From Parcubacteria group bacterium (GTDB lineage Bacteria; Patescibacteriota; Minisyncoccia; Phycocordibacterales; CSBR16-119): DNA of 64,000 nt. Every line of letters begins with the position of its first letter. Within the stretch, counting starts at the first letter, position 1. The DNA lies in assembly GCA_943356745.1 (NCBI GenBank), contig CALRFT010000002.1, positions 7,124-71,123 on the forward strand, in the 5' to 3' direction. Position numbers and translations under genes: made by a program. A model generated the notes under the pieces. The model saw nothing but the letters and a program-made list of their open reading frames with translations. It was not told the origin of the DNA and did no database searches. This document shows, piece after piece, positions 47,855-57,705 of this stretch.

Positions 47855-49546
47855 TTACATTTTTGGATGTTCCTGTCCAATTTCTTTACGTTTTTTAAGT
47901 TTTCGAATATGAGTTTTTCGAACGTCATCTCTTTTATGTGGTTCTTCATGAAGCTTGACCACAAGCTGTGAAGCATAGTGACCACCAAGAAAATGAGGGA
48001 GAATAACGTAGTCTATTCCTCGTTCATAATGTTCAAGCGCTTCATCAATTTTATGCGACACAACCATCACAAGTGCTTTTGGATGTTTTGCGTGAATAGT
48101 TTTATGGATCAAAGTATTTGTGTGCGCGTCCGGAATAGTCGAAACGACCAAATGAACTTTTGACATATCGATTGACTCAAGAAGGTCAAGATTACTTGCA
48201 TCTCCAAAAATTACATCATGTCCATCTTGTGAAATTTTTTCAACTAATTCAGGATTGTGATCAACAACAAGAAATGATTCTCCAGTCGCCTTAAAACTTT
48301 CAATGAAATCATGACCAATACGATTTCCTCCAAACAAAATAATCGAGTGGCGTTTAAGTCGAATTGGTTTCTCATGAGCATTTTTCTTTTCAAAAATTCC
48401 AAGGTATGGTTCAAGCCATTCGTAAATTACATCTGAATACATTACCAAATATGTTGAACCAAATATTGTTACGATTCCAACAAGTGTCACGAGAGAAAGT
48501 GCTTCTTGCGACACGTGACCATATGTCATACCAAGCGTAAGCAGAATCAGAGAAAATTCACTAATCTGAGCAACAGTAAGACCTGTTTGAAGTCCAGTTT
48601 TTTTCTTATACCCGAAGAAACGCATCATGGTCATAAGAATAAGAGGATTTCCGATCAATACCAAAGCAGACAAGATAAGTGCTTTTGGAAGAAGAGCTTG
48701 AATATCTCCAAAGGTCATATGTGTACCAAGCAAGATAAAGAAAATAACAATGAAGAAATCTCGAAGCGGAGACATTCTCGAATGAATCTCATGACGTGAA
48801 GGAAGCATTGAAAGTGAGATACCAGCAATCAAAGCACCAATTTCTATTGAAAAACCTGTCAGTGTGAACAAACTCGCAATACCCATTCCCCACACCGTCG
48901 CAAACAAAAAGAGCATCTCACTTGTTCGAGAAAGGAAACCATTGATTTTTGGGAAAACTCTAAAGCCAACCCAAAGGACTGCAACAGAAAGAAGAATTCC
49001 TTTCAAGGTTCCAATTCCAACAGTTGCTATTGTTGCATCACTCGCAGAAAGAATTGGAATTGCAAACATGATAAGTATTGCAATAAAATCTTGAACCAAA
49101 AGAAAACCTACAGAGATTTTTCCGTACAAAGTTTCCATATCACCCTTATCAGAGATGAGTTTCAAAATAATAATTGTACTACTAAAGGCAAGTGCGATTG
49201 CCATATATACCGCAGTAATACTTTCAAACCCAAGTGCTCGTATTAAGAAATAACCAAGAAGTGAAGTGAATACCACCTGACCAACCCCAGTAACTAGAGA
49301 AACTGCTCCAAATTCCTTGATTGTTTTAGGACTCAAATTGAGACCTACGGTAAACAAAAGAATCGCGATTCCGATCTCAGAAAAAAGCTTGAAAGTTTCC
49401 GGAGAAACAGAACCTGCAATAATTGGACCGACAATAAGTCCAGTAATAATATGACCAATAATAAGTGGCTGACGAAGCATTGTCATAATAATTGAAACAA
49501 CAAAGGCGACCCCGATTATGATACTTAATTCTCCAAATAGTGACAT
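47855..49546 (-). CDS. CPA2 cation:proton antiporter with TrkA-N domain (Kef-like)
   Basis: AFSST, LLVQD, QISEFSL, GGNRIG, GDAS. Confidence 0.9.
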   Translation of the reverse strand: MSLFGELSIIIGVAFVVSIIMTMLRQPLIIGHIITGLIVGPIIAGSVSPETFKLFSEIGIAILLFTVGLNLSPKTIKEFGAVSLVTGVGQVVFTSLLGYFLIRALGFESITAVYMAIALAFSSTIIILKLISDKGDMETLYGKISVGFLLVQDFIAILIMFAIPILSASDATIATVGIGTLKGILLSVAVLWVGFRVFPKINGFLSRTSEMLFLFATVWGMGIASLFTLTGFSIEIGALIAGISLSMLPSRHEIHSRMSPLRDFFIVIFFILLGTHMTFGDIQALLPKALILSALVLIGNPLILMTMMRFFGYKKKTGLQTGLTVAQISEFSLILLTLGMTYGHVSQEALSLVTLVGIVTIFGSTYLVMYSDVIYEWLEPYLGIFEKKNAHEKPIRLKRHSIILFGGNRIGHDFIESFKATGESFLVVDHNPELVEKISQDGHDVIFGDASNLDLLESIDMSKVHLVVSTIPDAHTNTLIHKTIHAKHPKALVMVVSHKIDEALEHYERGIDYVILPHFLGGHYASQLVVKLHEEPHKRDDVRKTHIRKLKKRKEIGQEHPKM

Positions 49547-49628
49547 ATGTTTCTAGTATATCATTTGATTTTTATTTTCCTTGTGAAAATAGTTTGTTTT
49601 TGTTATAGTCCACCCAAACCCTACAAAC

Positions 49629-49922
49629 ATGAAAGAAAACCAAAAAGATCTTTTAGAAAGAATTCTTGTTATTCTACAAAAATGTGATCCTTCAGATGAG
49701 AAAACTTTAAACCCAGCAAACAATCTCATTACCTACATTGGACGTGCGTACAAGAAAAAATTACGCTTAGTTCCTGGTAGTTATTGGGATTTTGCACAAC
49801 AGATGAAGCATAACTATCCGGCATTTAAGGAATTAAAATGTAACCAAGACAGGCTTGATCTGTTGCAAAAGATAGTGAAAGAATGTCACACCACATTAGA
49901 ATTACAAGAAAATGTTGCATAG
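49629..49922 (+). CDS. Hypothetical protein
   Basis: 97-aa ORF with promoter and terminator. Confidence 0.55.
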   Translation: MKENQKDLLERILVILQKCDPSDEKTLNPANNLITYIGRAYKKKLRLVPGSYWDFAQQMKHNYPAFKELKCNQDRLDLLQKIVKECHTTLELQENVA

Positions 49923-49954
49923 CAAAAAAAACCGCACCCAAAGGTGCGGTTTTT

Positions 49955-51742
49955 TTATTTTCTTTCAGCTTTTTTTCTATCAGATTCTTTAAGTAATGCT
50001 TTTCGAAGACGAATAGCTTCTGGAGTTACTTCCAAATACTCATCATCTCGCATGAGCCCAAGTGCTCGTTCAAGAGTAAGGTCAAGCGGTGGAACAACGC
50101 GGATAGCTTCATCAGTTCCTGATGCTCGCATGTTTGTGAGCTGCTTTCCTTTTGTTGGATTCACCATCAAGTCTTCTCCTTTTGCAGTATTTCCAATTAC
50201 CATTCCTTCATATACTTCTGTGTTTACATGAATATACAAAGTTCCTCGTTCTTGAAGATTTGCAAGTGAGAATGCAAGCGCTTTTCCTCCTGCCATTGCA
50301 ACCATTGAACCATATTCTGTCTTGATAACATTTCCAGCGTGAGGTTTAAATCCAGAAAAGATTGTTGTCAAAATTCCTTCTCCTTTTGTATCAACAACGA
50401 ATTCGTTTCGATACCCAAGAAGTCCTCGAGTTGGAACATCAAAAATCATTTTTGTTGTTCCATTATCTGAATTCATATAACTCATAAGTCCTCGTCTTTT
50501 TCCAATTTTATCAATTACAGATCCTGATGATTCATCTGGAACGAGAATTGTTACTTCTTCAAAAGGTTCGAGAGTTGCTCCATTTTCTTCTTTCAAGATT
50601 ACTTCTGGATTTGAAACAGCCAGCTCAAAACCTTCTCGTCGCATGTTTTCAATGAGAACAGCAAGGTGAAGTTCCCCTCGTCCAAAGACAGAGAATTTTG
50701 ATTGATCAGCAAAATCAACACGAAGTCCCACGTTGATTTCCAATTCTTTTTCAAGTCGTTCTCGGATTTGTCGTGAAGTCAAAAACTTTCCACTCTTTCC
50801 AGCAAACGGAGAATCGTTTACGAACATTTTGAAAGAGATTGTTGGTTCATCCACCGCAATCGCTGGCATTGCTTCACCTGTTTCGTTTGCAAGAAGAGTT
50901 TCCCCAATGTAAATATCTGGAATACCTGCAATCATGACAATGTCTCCAGCTGTTGCTTCTGCAACATCTTTTCGGCTCATACCTTCAAAGGTAAAGAGTT
51001 TTACAATTTTACCCTTATAGGTTTTTCCTTGATCGTTTTTAATAACGAGCTGTTGTCCTTGCTTCAAAGTTCCTTTATAGATTCGGCACACACCCATACG
51101 TCCAAGAAAGTTGTCATAAGCCAAGTTAAATACTTGTGCCTGAAGAACTTCTTGTTCAAGTCCATTACCTGAAGCACTCGGAACTTTTTCAAGTACCACA
51201 TCAAGAAGTGGAGAAAGATCTTTAAATTCTTCATCCATTGATCGCTTTGCAACTCCTTCACGCCCAATCGCATAGACAGTTGTGAAATCAAGTTGTTCAT
51301 CTGTTGCACCAAGATCGAGGAAAAGTTCGTACACAGCTTCTTCTGCCCATTTCACATCAGCTGCTGGTTTATCAATTTTGTTCAATACCAAAATCGGCTT
51401 AAGACCAAGCTCAAGAGATTTTTTCAATACGAATTTTGTTTGTGGCATTGGACCTTCTGCCGCATCCACCACCAAAAGCACTGAGTCGATTGAACGAAGA
51501 ACTCGTTCTACCTCAGAACCAAAGTCGGCGTGACCTGGTGTGTCTACAATGTTAATTTTTGTACCCTTATAAAAGGTAGATGTATTTTTTGCATAAATAG
51601 TAATACCACGCTCTTTTTCAAGGTCGTTTGAGTCCATTGAAGAACCATCCCCCACCATTTGAGTTTGTGTCAAAATAGCGTCTGTAAGGGTTGTTTTTCC
51701 GTGGTCTACGTGTGCAATAATTGCGATATTTCGGATTTCCAT
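49955..51742 (-). CDS. typA: Translational GTPase TypA/BipA
   Basis: AHVDHGKTTL, DTPGHADF, GRGELHL, VYEGM, EVTP. Confidence 0.98.
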   Translation of the reverse strand: MEIRNIAIIAHVDHGKTTLTDAILTQTQMVGDGSSMDSNDLEKERGITIYAKNTSTFYKGTKINIVDTPGHADFGSEVERVLRSIDSVLLVVDAAEGPMPQTKFVLKKSLELGLKPILVLNKIDKPAADVKWAEEAVYELFLDLGATDEQLDFTTVYAIGREGVAKRSMDEEFKDLSPLLDVVLEKVPSASGNGLEQEVLQAQVFNLAYDNFLGRMGVCRIYKGTLKQGQQLVIKNDQGKTYKGKIVKLFTFEGMSRKDVAEATAGDIVMIAGIPDIYIGETLLANETGEAMPAIAVDEPTISFKMFVNDSPFAGKSGKFLTSRQIRERLEKELEINVGLRVDFADQSKFSVFGRGELHLAVLIENMRREGFELAVSNPEVILKEENGATLEPFEEVTILVPDESSGSVIDKIGKRRGLMSYMNSDNGTTKMIFDVPTRGLLGYRNEFVVDTKGEGILTTIFSGFKPHAGNVIKTEYGSMVAMAGGKALAFSLANLQERGTLYIHVNTEVYEGMVIGNTAKGEDLMVNPTKGKQLTNMRASGTDEAIRVVPPLDLTLERALGLMRDDEYLEVTPEAIRLRKALLKESDRKKAERK

Positions 51743-51785
51743 AACCCGAACATATTACATTATTTTTTAGATTTCGTCAAAAATC

Positions 51786-53012
51786 TTATACCGACTTCCC
51801 CACAACAAAACCTGTTGTCCAACAAAGCTGGAGAGAATATCCTCCGCTCGGACGAGTAATGTGAAGCATATCCCCTGTAAAAAATAGGTTTGAAAATATC
51901 TTTGACCGAAAATCCTGAGCATCCACTTCTCGAAGTGGTATTCCCCCATCGGACACAACAGCCTTGTCGTAGCCAAGAGAACCTGAGATTGTCAGTGGTG
52001 ATTGCTTTAAAAATCGCACAATACTTTTTCTTTGTTCTTTTGTAACACTGTGAACTTTCAAATCATCGCTTAAAGAAAGCTCCTCACACAAAACCGGAGC
52101 AAGTGCCGCTGGTATTATTTCTTTCAAAATATTTTTAAGATTTTTGTTTTTGTTTTTTTCAAACAATTCCACAACTTTTTTCTCAAGACTTCCAATATCA
52201 AGTGCTGGAAACATATCAATAAGACAAGTTACTTTTCCTTTTTCGAGTAATTGCAAAACTTCATACGCGGAGTTTAAAACAAGTGGACCCGACATTCCAA
52301 AATGCGTACAGAGAATATTTCCGCGTCTATCAAAAATTCGTTTTTCATCGAGATAAAAATAAAGCTTCACATCAACGAGTGTGGCTCCCGAGAGTTTTTT
52401 GATCCACTTCTCTTTGACCTTGAGTGGAACAATATTTGGATTTGGAGCAACCACAGTGTGTCCGATTTCTTTCATCCAAGAGAATCCATCTCCTGTTGAT
52501 CCCGTTTCTGGATGAGAAAGTCCTCCAGTTGCAATCACATATGACTTTGCAGTATATTTCTTTCCTTTTGTAATCACACCTGAAATGACATTGTTTGTGT
52601 ATTCGATTTTTTCCACCGGAGTACTTGTTTGGATTGAAACCTTATTCGCACGAAGCCAATCTTCCAAAACCCGCACAACATCAAGAGCATTTTCTGTTTT
52701 TGGAAAACATCTATTCCTCTCCTGCACAACCACAGGAAGACCAAGCTTTTTAAAAAAAGCTTTTGTTGTTTCTTTGTTAAATTTTGAAAAAGAAGAATAA
52801 AGGAATTTTTGAGAATCTTTGTATTGGGATAAGAAAGTATGAATATTATCTTCATTGTTTGTAATATTACATCTTCCACCACCAGAAATAGCAAGCTTTG
52901 CTCCAAGCTTTTTGTTTTTCTCAAGCACAAGTACGCGAAGCCCTCGCTCCGCAGCGGTTCCAGCTGTCATCATTCCTGATGCTCCGCCACCTATAACAAT
53001 GAGATCATACAT
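51786..53012 (-). CDS. HI0933/BaiN-family flavoprotein
   Basis: GGGASG, SGGGRCNITN, TGSTGDG, THFGMSGP, GGYSLQ. Confidence 0.92.
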   Translation of the reverse strand: MYDLIVIGGGASGMMTAGTAAERGLRVLVLEKNKKLGAKLAISGGGRCNITNNEDNIHTFLSQYKDSQKFLYSSFSKFNKETTKAFFKKLGLPVVVQERNRCFPKTENALDVVRVLEDWLRANKVSIQTSTPVEKIEYTNNVISGVITKGKKYTAKSYVIATGGLSHPETGSTGDGFSWMKEIGHTVVAPNPNIVPLKVKEKWIKKLSGATLVDVKLYFYLDEKRIFDRRGNILCTHFGMSGPLVLNSAYEVLQLLEKGKVTCLIDMFPALDIGSLEKKVVELFEKNKNKNLKNILKEIIPAALAPVLCEELSLSDDLKVHSVTKEQRKSIVRFLKQSPLTISGSLGYDKAVVSDGGIPLREVDAQDFRSKIFSNLFFTGDMLHITRPSGGYSLQLCWTTGFVVGKSV

Positions 53013-53127
53013 GTAGTTCACAATACCTATAGCTTACTCTAGTTTGAAATCAAAATCTACATGCGTATCTAACTATATTTGACATACATTCACTAAAAAT
53101 GCATAATATGGACAAATTCTTTACACT

Positions 53128-53268
53128 ATGAAAAAAACACAAGTACCTACAAAAAAACCTCTCTCTCTTCATGTGATGGTTTTACAATTTGGCGATGAGA
53201 AAAAAGTGCCTGAAGAAATCGTGACACAGGAAGTACTTCGCAGAACTGAAGCTGAAATAACTTCCTAA
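53128..53268 (+). CDS. Small hypothetical protein (46 aa)
   Basis: MKKTQVPTKKPLSLHVMVLQF...EITS*, preceded by TTGACA/CATAAT-like promoter and followed by a terminator. Confidence 0.4.
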   Translation: MKKTQVPTKKPLSLHVMVLQFGDEKKVPEEIVTQEVLRRTEAEITS

Positions 53269-53325
53269 CATGAAAAAAGGTAAATTCAAATCCCCCGCGA
53301 ACTGCGGGGGATTTTAAATAAATAT

Positions 53326-53829
53326 TTAAGGAATTATAGGATTCCAAGAATCCCAACCAATCCCTCTCTTCTTACTATCTGTACCAAAATGATTAACTTC
53401 TTTTAACAATGCCTCTGTTTTAATTAAACGACCAAAAATATCTCTATACTCAATAGTTATTTTTCCATTATGTTCTTCATTTTTTTGTAAAATGAAATCA
53501 ATATTATATCTGATAATTACATTATCCGATGTACCAACATCTAAAGAATTTATAGTAACATCTGGTTGTCCAGGAAAAATAATTTTTGGCTTTATTGCAA
53601 TTCCTTTACCACAATTAGTCAATGAGATATTTAAAATATTATCAGTAGAGCTATACGCACGTAAACCAAGTATTAAAACAGGTAAAAAATCTGCTTTTAT
53701 ACTATTCTCCATTTCTTTAACAGACATTTTTGCCCATTTCATCTGCTTATATGTAATACAAAGAAGAACTGCAGTTGATACCACTGAAGCAGTGGATGTA
53801 ATTATTTGAATGTTTTCTGAAGTGATCAT
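53326..53829 (-). CDS. Hypothetical single-TM protein
   Basis: N-terminal TM, NCGKGIA, YRDIFG. Confidence 0.7.
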   Translation of the reverse strand: MITSENIQIITSTASVVSTAVLLCITYKQMKWAKMSVKEMENSIKADFLPVLILGLRAYSSTDNILNISLTNCGKGIAIKPKIIFPGQPDVTINSLDVGTSDNVIIRYNIDFILQKNEEHNGKITIEYRDIFGRLIKTEALLKEVNHFGTDSKKRGIGWDSWNPIIP

Positions 53830-53835
53830 GGCAAA

Positions 53836-54045
53836 TTACTTATCAATAGTAGAAACATAATCTTTGGCTTCTTTTAATGTTTTAAAAGATTTGTACGCTG
53901 AAAAAATAATCTCTTTTTGATTATTTTCTGAATAAGATTGTTGTTCATCAGTTTTAATATAAATTGTATAAATATTATCTATATTAAATATACGATATTC
54001 TACACCTTTTTCATTTATTCCTTTAAATACGACTTTTGGTCCCAT
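53836..54045 (-). CDS. Small hypothetical protein
   Basis: 69-aa ORF closely upstream of the previous gene. Confidence 0.5.
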   Translation of the reverse strand: MGPKVVFKGINEKGVEYRIFNIDNIYTIYIKTDEQQSYSENNQKEIIFSAYKSFKTLKEAKDYVSTIDK

Positions 54046-54096
54046 ACAAATATAATACATCTATAGAAATAATTTTACAAACTTTTTTATCAAACT

Positions 54097-54272
54097 GACC
54101 CTTACTTGAAAAAGCGTCAAGAAAACCCCTGGAAATTTCAGAGAAAACGAGTACTTGAAGCGAAGCGGTTAGCGAGTTTCTGAAATTTCCAGGGGTTTTT
54201 AGTCTTTTCAAGGGGCCCTAAAGGATTGCATTTTACACAGACTCGTTCCTTGTCTAATAAAACGGGAATCTA
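54097..54272. repeat. Palindromic REP/MITE-like elements
   Basis: 21-bp perfect IR 54122-54142/54179-54199 and second hairpin 54223-54270 related to 10622-10671. Confidence 0.7.
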
Positions 54273-54314
54273 GACTTTTTGTTTCTTTTTGGGTGATGCA
54301 AAAAGAAAAATCTT

Positions 54315-54698
54315 TTATTGCTCCAAAACCGATTTCAACTTTTCTAAAACCTCCTGTTTGAAAGGATTTGTAAGTTCACCATTTTCCATCCATTCAAAAT
54401 ATTCCAATTCTGTTACTTGAAAGTCTAAAACCGTATAGGAATATCGTACATGATAGTTACTCTCGGAGTCAGAAAGTGTAAATATTTTATTTGGTAAAAA
54501 TTCAACTACCTTATAAACATCCCAATCCACCCCATTACTTGTATTTTTATAAATAGTATCAATTTCTGGAGGATATTTTTCTACTATTTCTTCTTGAATA
54601 CTTTCAATCCAAACATGGGTATTTATTGGATTTGTTGTAAATTCAAAGACAGCTTCTACTGGTCTATTAATTATTATTGTTAGTTTATTTTCTTTCAT
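54315..54698 (-). CDS. SRPBCC/START-like family protein
   Basis: TIIINRPVEAVFEFTTNP..W, LEKLKSVLE. Confidence 0.75.
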   Translation of the reverse strand: MKENKLTIIINRPVEAVFEFTTNPINTHVWIESIQEEIVEKYPPEIDTIYKNTSNGVDWDVYKVVEFLPNKIFTLSDSESNYHVRYSYTVLDFQVTELEYFEWMENGELTNPFKQEVLEKLKSVLEQ

Positions 54699-54701
54699 AG
54701 A

Positions 54702-56744
54702 TTATTTCTCAACCATCTCCTTTAAAAACAACATCTCATCGCGTAAAATCGCAGCGGTTTCGAAGTCGAGTTCTTTTACAGCTTCATTCATTTTCTTTTC
54801 TTTTTCTTTAATGAGTTTTTTCAAAGCAGTAGCTTTTTTCTTTGGATCTTGAATATTAAATACCTTCGCATCAAGTTCAAGCTCAGCCTGCACAGCCTTG
54901 TCATGCTTGCTTTCCAAATCTTTTGTAATATCTTTGATTTGTTTTTTGATAGTTTGCGGAGTGATTCCGTTTGCTTTGTTGTACTCTTCCTGCTTTGCGC
55001 GACGACGTTCTGTTTCGCCAATCGCTCGCTCCATTGAACCCGTGATTTTGTCAGCATAGAGAATCACTCGCCCATCTACATTTCGCGCTGCTCGTCCGAT
55101 GGTTTGAATCAGTGAAGTCTCACTTCGAAGAAAACCTTCTTTGTCTGCATCGAGAATTCCAATCAAAGAAACCTCTGGCATATCGAGTCCTTCTCGAAGC
55201 AAGTTTACCCCCACCAAAATATCATAGTCACCTCGACGGAAATTTGTGATAATTTTGATTCTATCGATTGTTTCTACATCTGAGTGAATATATTCTGTTT
55301 TGATTCCCTCACCTTTCAAATAATCTGACAAATCTTCTGCCATCTTTTTTGTGAGAGTTGTCGCAAGTACTCGCCCGCCTTTTTCGATTTCTTTTTTTGC
55401 TTCTTGGATAAAATCCTGAACCTGTCCTGTATAGCCATCTTTTTCCTTTGCAACAATAGGACGGATGACAATCTGTGGATCGAGAAGTCCCGTTGGACGA
55501 ACAATCTGTTCTGCGATTTGTTCGGACTCTTCACGTTCATAGTCGCTTGGTGTTGCAGAAACATACACCTGCTGTCCAACACGTTCTTCAAACTCTTCTG
55601 AGCGAAGTGGTCTGTTGTCCTTTGCACTTGGAAGACGAAAACCGTGTTCAACAAGATTTTCTTTTCGCGCTTGATCGCCTCGATACATTGCTCGAATCTG
55701 TGGAAGAGTCACATGCGACTCATCGATGATTGTGAGGAATTCTGGATTGCCGTTTTCGTCGTGTGGGAAATATGACAAAAGAGTATCAGGCGCTTCACCT
55801 GCTTTTTTCCCTGACAAATGCCGTGAATAGTTTTCAATTCCAGAAACATACCCCACTTCGCGAATCATTGCAATGTCATAGTTTGTCCGTCTTTTGAGTC
55901 GTTCATATTCCAAAACCTTTCCAGCTTTTTCAAGTCTTGCGAGTTCTTCATCGAGTTCTTTTTGAATATTTTTCAAAGCTTCTTCTTTTGCATTCTCTGC
56001 CATCATGAAGTGCTTTGCTGGAAAAACCACCAAGTTTTGAAGTGTTCCCGCGACCTTTGAAGACACAGGGTCAATCTCTAAAATTTCTGTGATGACATTT
56101 CCTGACATTTCGATTCGATAGAGAGAGGTTTCCGAAACAGGAATAATTTCAAGCATTGTTCCAAGAGCGCGGAAAGAACCAGATTTTAAATCAGCCGTAG
56201 TTCTTTCATATTGCATATCAATCAGAGCTTGCATGATATCTTTTCTTGTCCAAGTATCGCCGACAGATATAAAAAGGTTTTTTGCCTTGTATTCTTCTGG
56301 TGAACCGAGTCCGTAGATACAAGAAACTGACGCAACAATAATCACATCGTTTCGAGAAAGAAGTGACTGTGTCGAGGCGTGGCGAAGACGATCAATCTCT
56401 TCGTTGATTTGTGCATCTTTTTCGATATAGGTATCTGTGGTTGGGATATATGCTTCTGGTTGATAGTAGTCGTAGTAGGAAACAAAATAATGCACAGCAT
56501 TTTCTGGAAAAAATTCTTTAAACTCTTGAGCAAGCTGCGCTGCAAGCGTTTTGTTGTGAGCAATCACCAAGGTTGGTTTTTGGATTTCTTGAATCACATT
56601 TGCCATAGTGAAGGTTTTTCCAGAACCGGTAACACCAAGAAGGGTTTGCTTTCGCATTCCCTTGAGGAGCCCAGAAACCAATGTTTTGATAGCTTTTGGT
56701 TGATCTCCAGCTGGAGCGTATTCACTCTGTAGTTTGAATTTCAT
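54702..56744 (-). CDS. uvrB: Excinuclease ABC subunit B
   Basis: GVTGSGKT, YYDYYQPEAY, DESH, GRAARN, C-terminal UVR motif. Confidence 0.98.
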   Translation of the reverse strand: MKFKLQSEYAPAGDQPKAIKTLVSGLLKGMRKQTLLGVTGSGKTFTMANVIQEIQKPTLVIAHNKTLAAQLAQEFKEFFPENAVHYFVSYYDYYQPEAYIPTTDTYIEKDAQINEEIDRLRHASTQSLLSRNDVIIVASVSCIYGLGSPEEYKAKNLFISVGDTWTRKDIMQALIDMQYERTTADLKSGSFRALGTMLEIIPVSETSLYRIEMSGNVITEILEIDPVSSKVAGTLQNLVVFPAKHFMMAENAKEEALKNIQKELDEELARLEKAGKVLEYERLKRRTNYDIAMIREVGYVSGIENYSRHLSGKKAGEAPDTLLSYFPHDENGNPEFLTIIDESHVTLPQIRAMYRGDQARKENLVEHGFRLPSAKDNRPLRSEEFEERVGQQVYVSATPSDYEREESEQIAEQIVRPTGLLDPQIVIRPIVAKEKDGYTGQVQDFIQEAKKEIEKGGRVLATTLTKKMAEDLSDYLKGEGIKTEYIHSDVETIDRIKIITNFRRGDYDILVGVNLLREGLDMPEVSLIGILDADKEGFLRSETSLIQTIGRAARNVDGRVILYADKITGSMERAIGETERRRAKQEEYNKANGITPQTIKKQIKDITKDLESKHDKAVQAELELDAKVFNIQDPKKKATALKKLIKEKEKKMNEAVKELDFETAAILRDEMLFLKEMVEK

Positions 56745-56794
56745 AATGACTTCATTATACATAAAAAAAGCCCGCGCGAAACGCAGGCTTTTTA

Positions 56795-57416
56795 TCACAT
56801 ACAAGGATCAAATTGTTTGAGTAGGTCTTCATAGACCCACACAAATCCATTAAAATAAATTCCATTATGCAACATGCAATTTTTTAAGTCTTCAATACGA
56901 CAAGCGTCTGTAGCAGCATCCATCTCCATGAGAATAAAAAATACATCTGTCATATTTGAATAAATAAATTCACAAGATTCTACCGGATCAGAAACATCCA
57001 AATCAGTTACTAGAACTACAATCCGAGGTACTGTTTCCTCTCTCTTTTTCACTTATATCAAACATTTCATTGGCGCGACTAAGTGCTGGCTCAATGTAGG
57101 TTCCAGAAGAGCTACAATTTTTACCTTGCAAAATTTTCTCATCCAACAAAATCTTATCATCGGTAAGATGACATGCAAACTGACAAACATCAGCACTAAA
57201 AAATAGAAGACCCGCTTTCAATTGAGAAGAAAGTGGAAGTTCTCCTGCTGTTGCCCGAAGCCATGGTTCATAATATGGAATAGTATTTGACATACTACCA
57301 GAGTAATCAATAACAAAAATAATATCAGCTTTATAACAAGGGGTTACAGGCTGATAGTTTTCCGATTTTGCACCCAGCAAAAATGGAATACACAGGATTG
57401 CAAATAACTTTTTCAT
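56795..57416 (-). pseudogene. Secreted vWA-domain protein split by a 2-nt frameshift
   Basis: First ORF: signal peptide, MIDAS DYSGS, GTYIEPAL; second ORF: RIVVLVTD; junction in an (AG)4 run. Confidence 0.75.
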
Positions 57417-57514
57417 GGTTTTCCTTTTTTTCTTTGTACTGTACGCCTTCTGTTACTTTTTTGCAAGAATTTGATTTAGAACCAAAAAGAATATAAGATA
57501 AGAAAAAAAATAAA

Positions 57515-57676
57515 ATGAGTACACAAAATGAAATACCAATCTGCCCTAATCCAAACTGTAACTCAACAAATGTAAAACAGCACATGGAGCATCCCAGAAG
57601 AGTTCTACTTGGTCCAATCCCAGAAAAATACCTGAAACAGCAGTACAAATGCTGTGAATGTAAGAAAATTTTCTAA
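57515..57676 (+). CDS. Small zinc-ribbon protein (53 aa)
   Basis: CPNPNC...YKCCECKKIF, followed by a terminator; below the ORF-track cut-off. Confidence 0.6.
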   Translation: MSTQNEIPICPNPNCNSTNVKQHMEHPRRVLLGPIPEKYLKQQYKCCECKKIF

Positions 57677-57705
57677 ACAAAACACTCGCTTTTAAGCGAG
57701 TGTTT

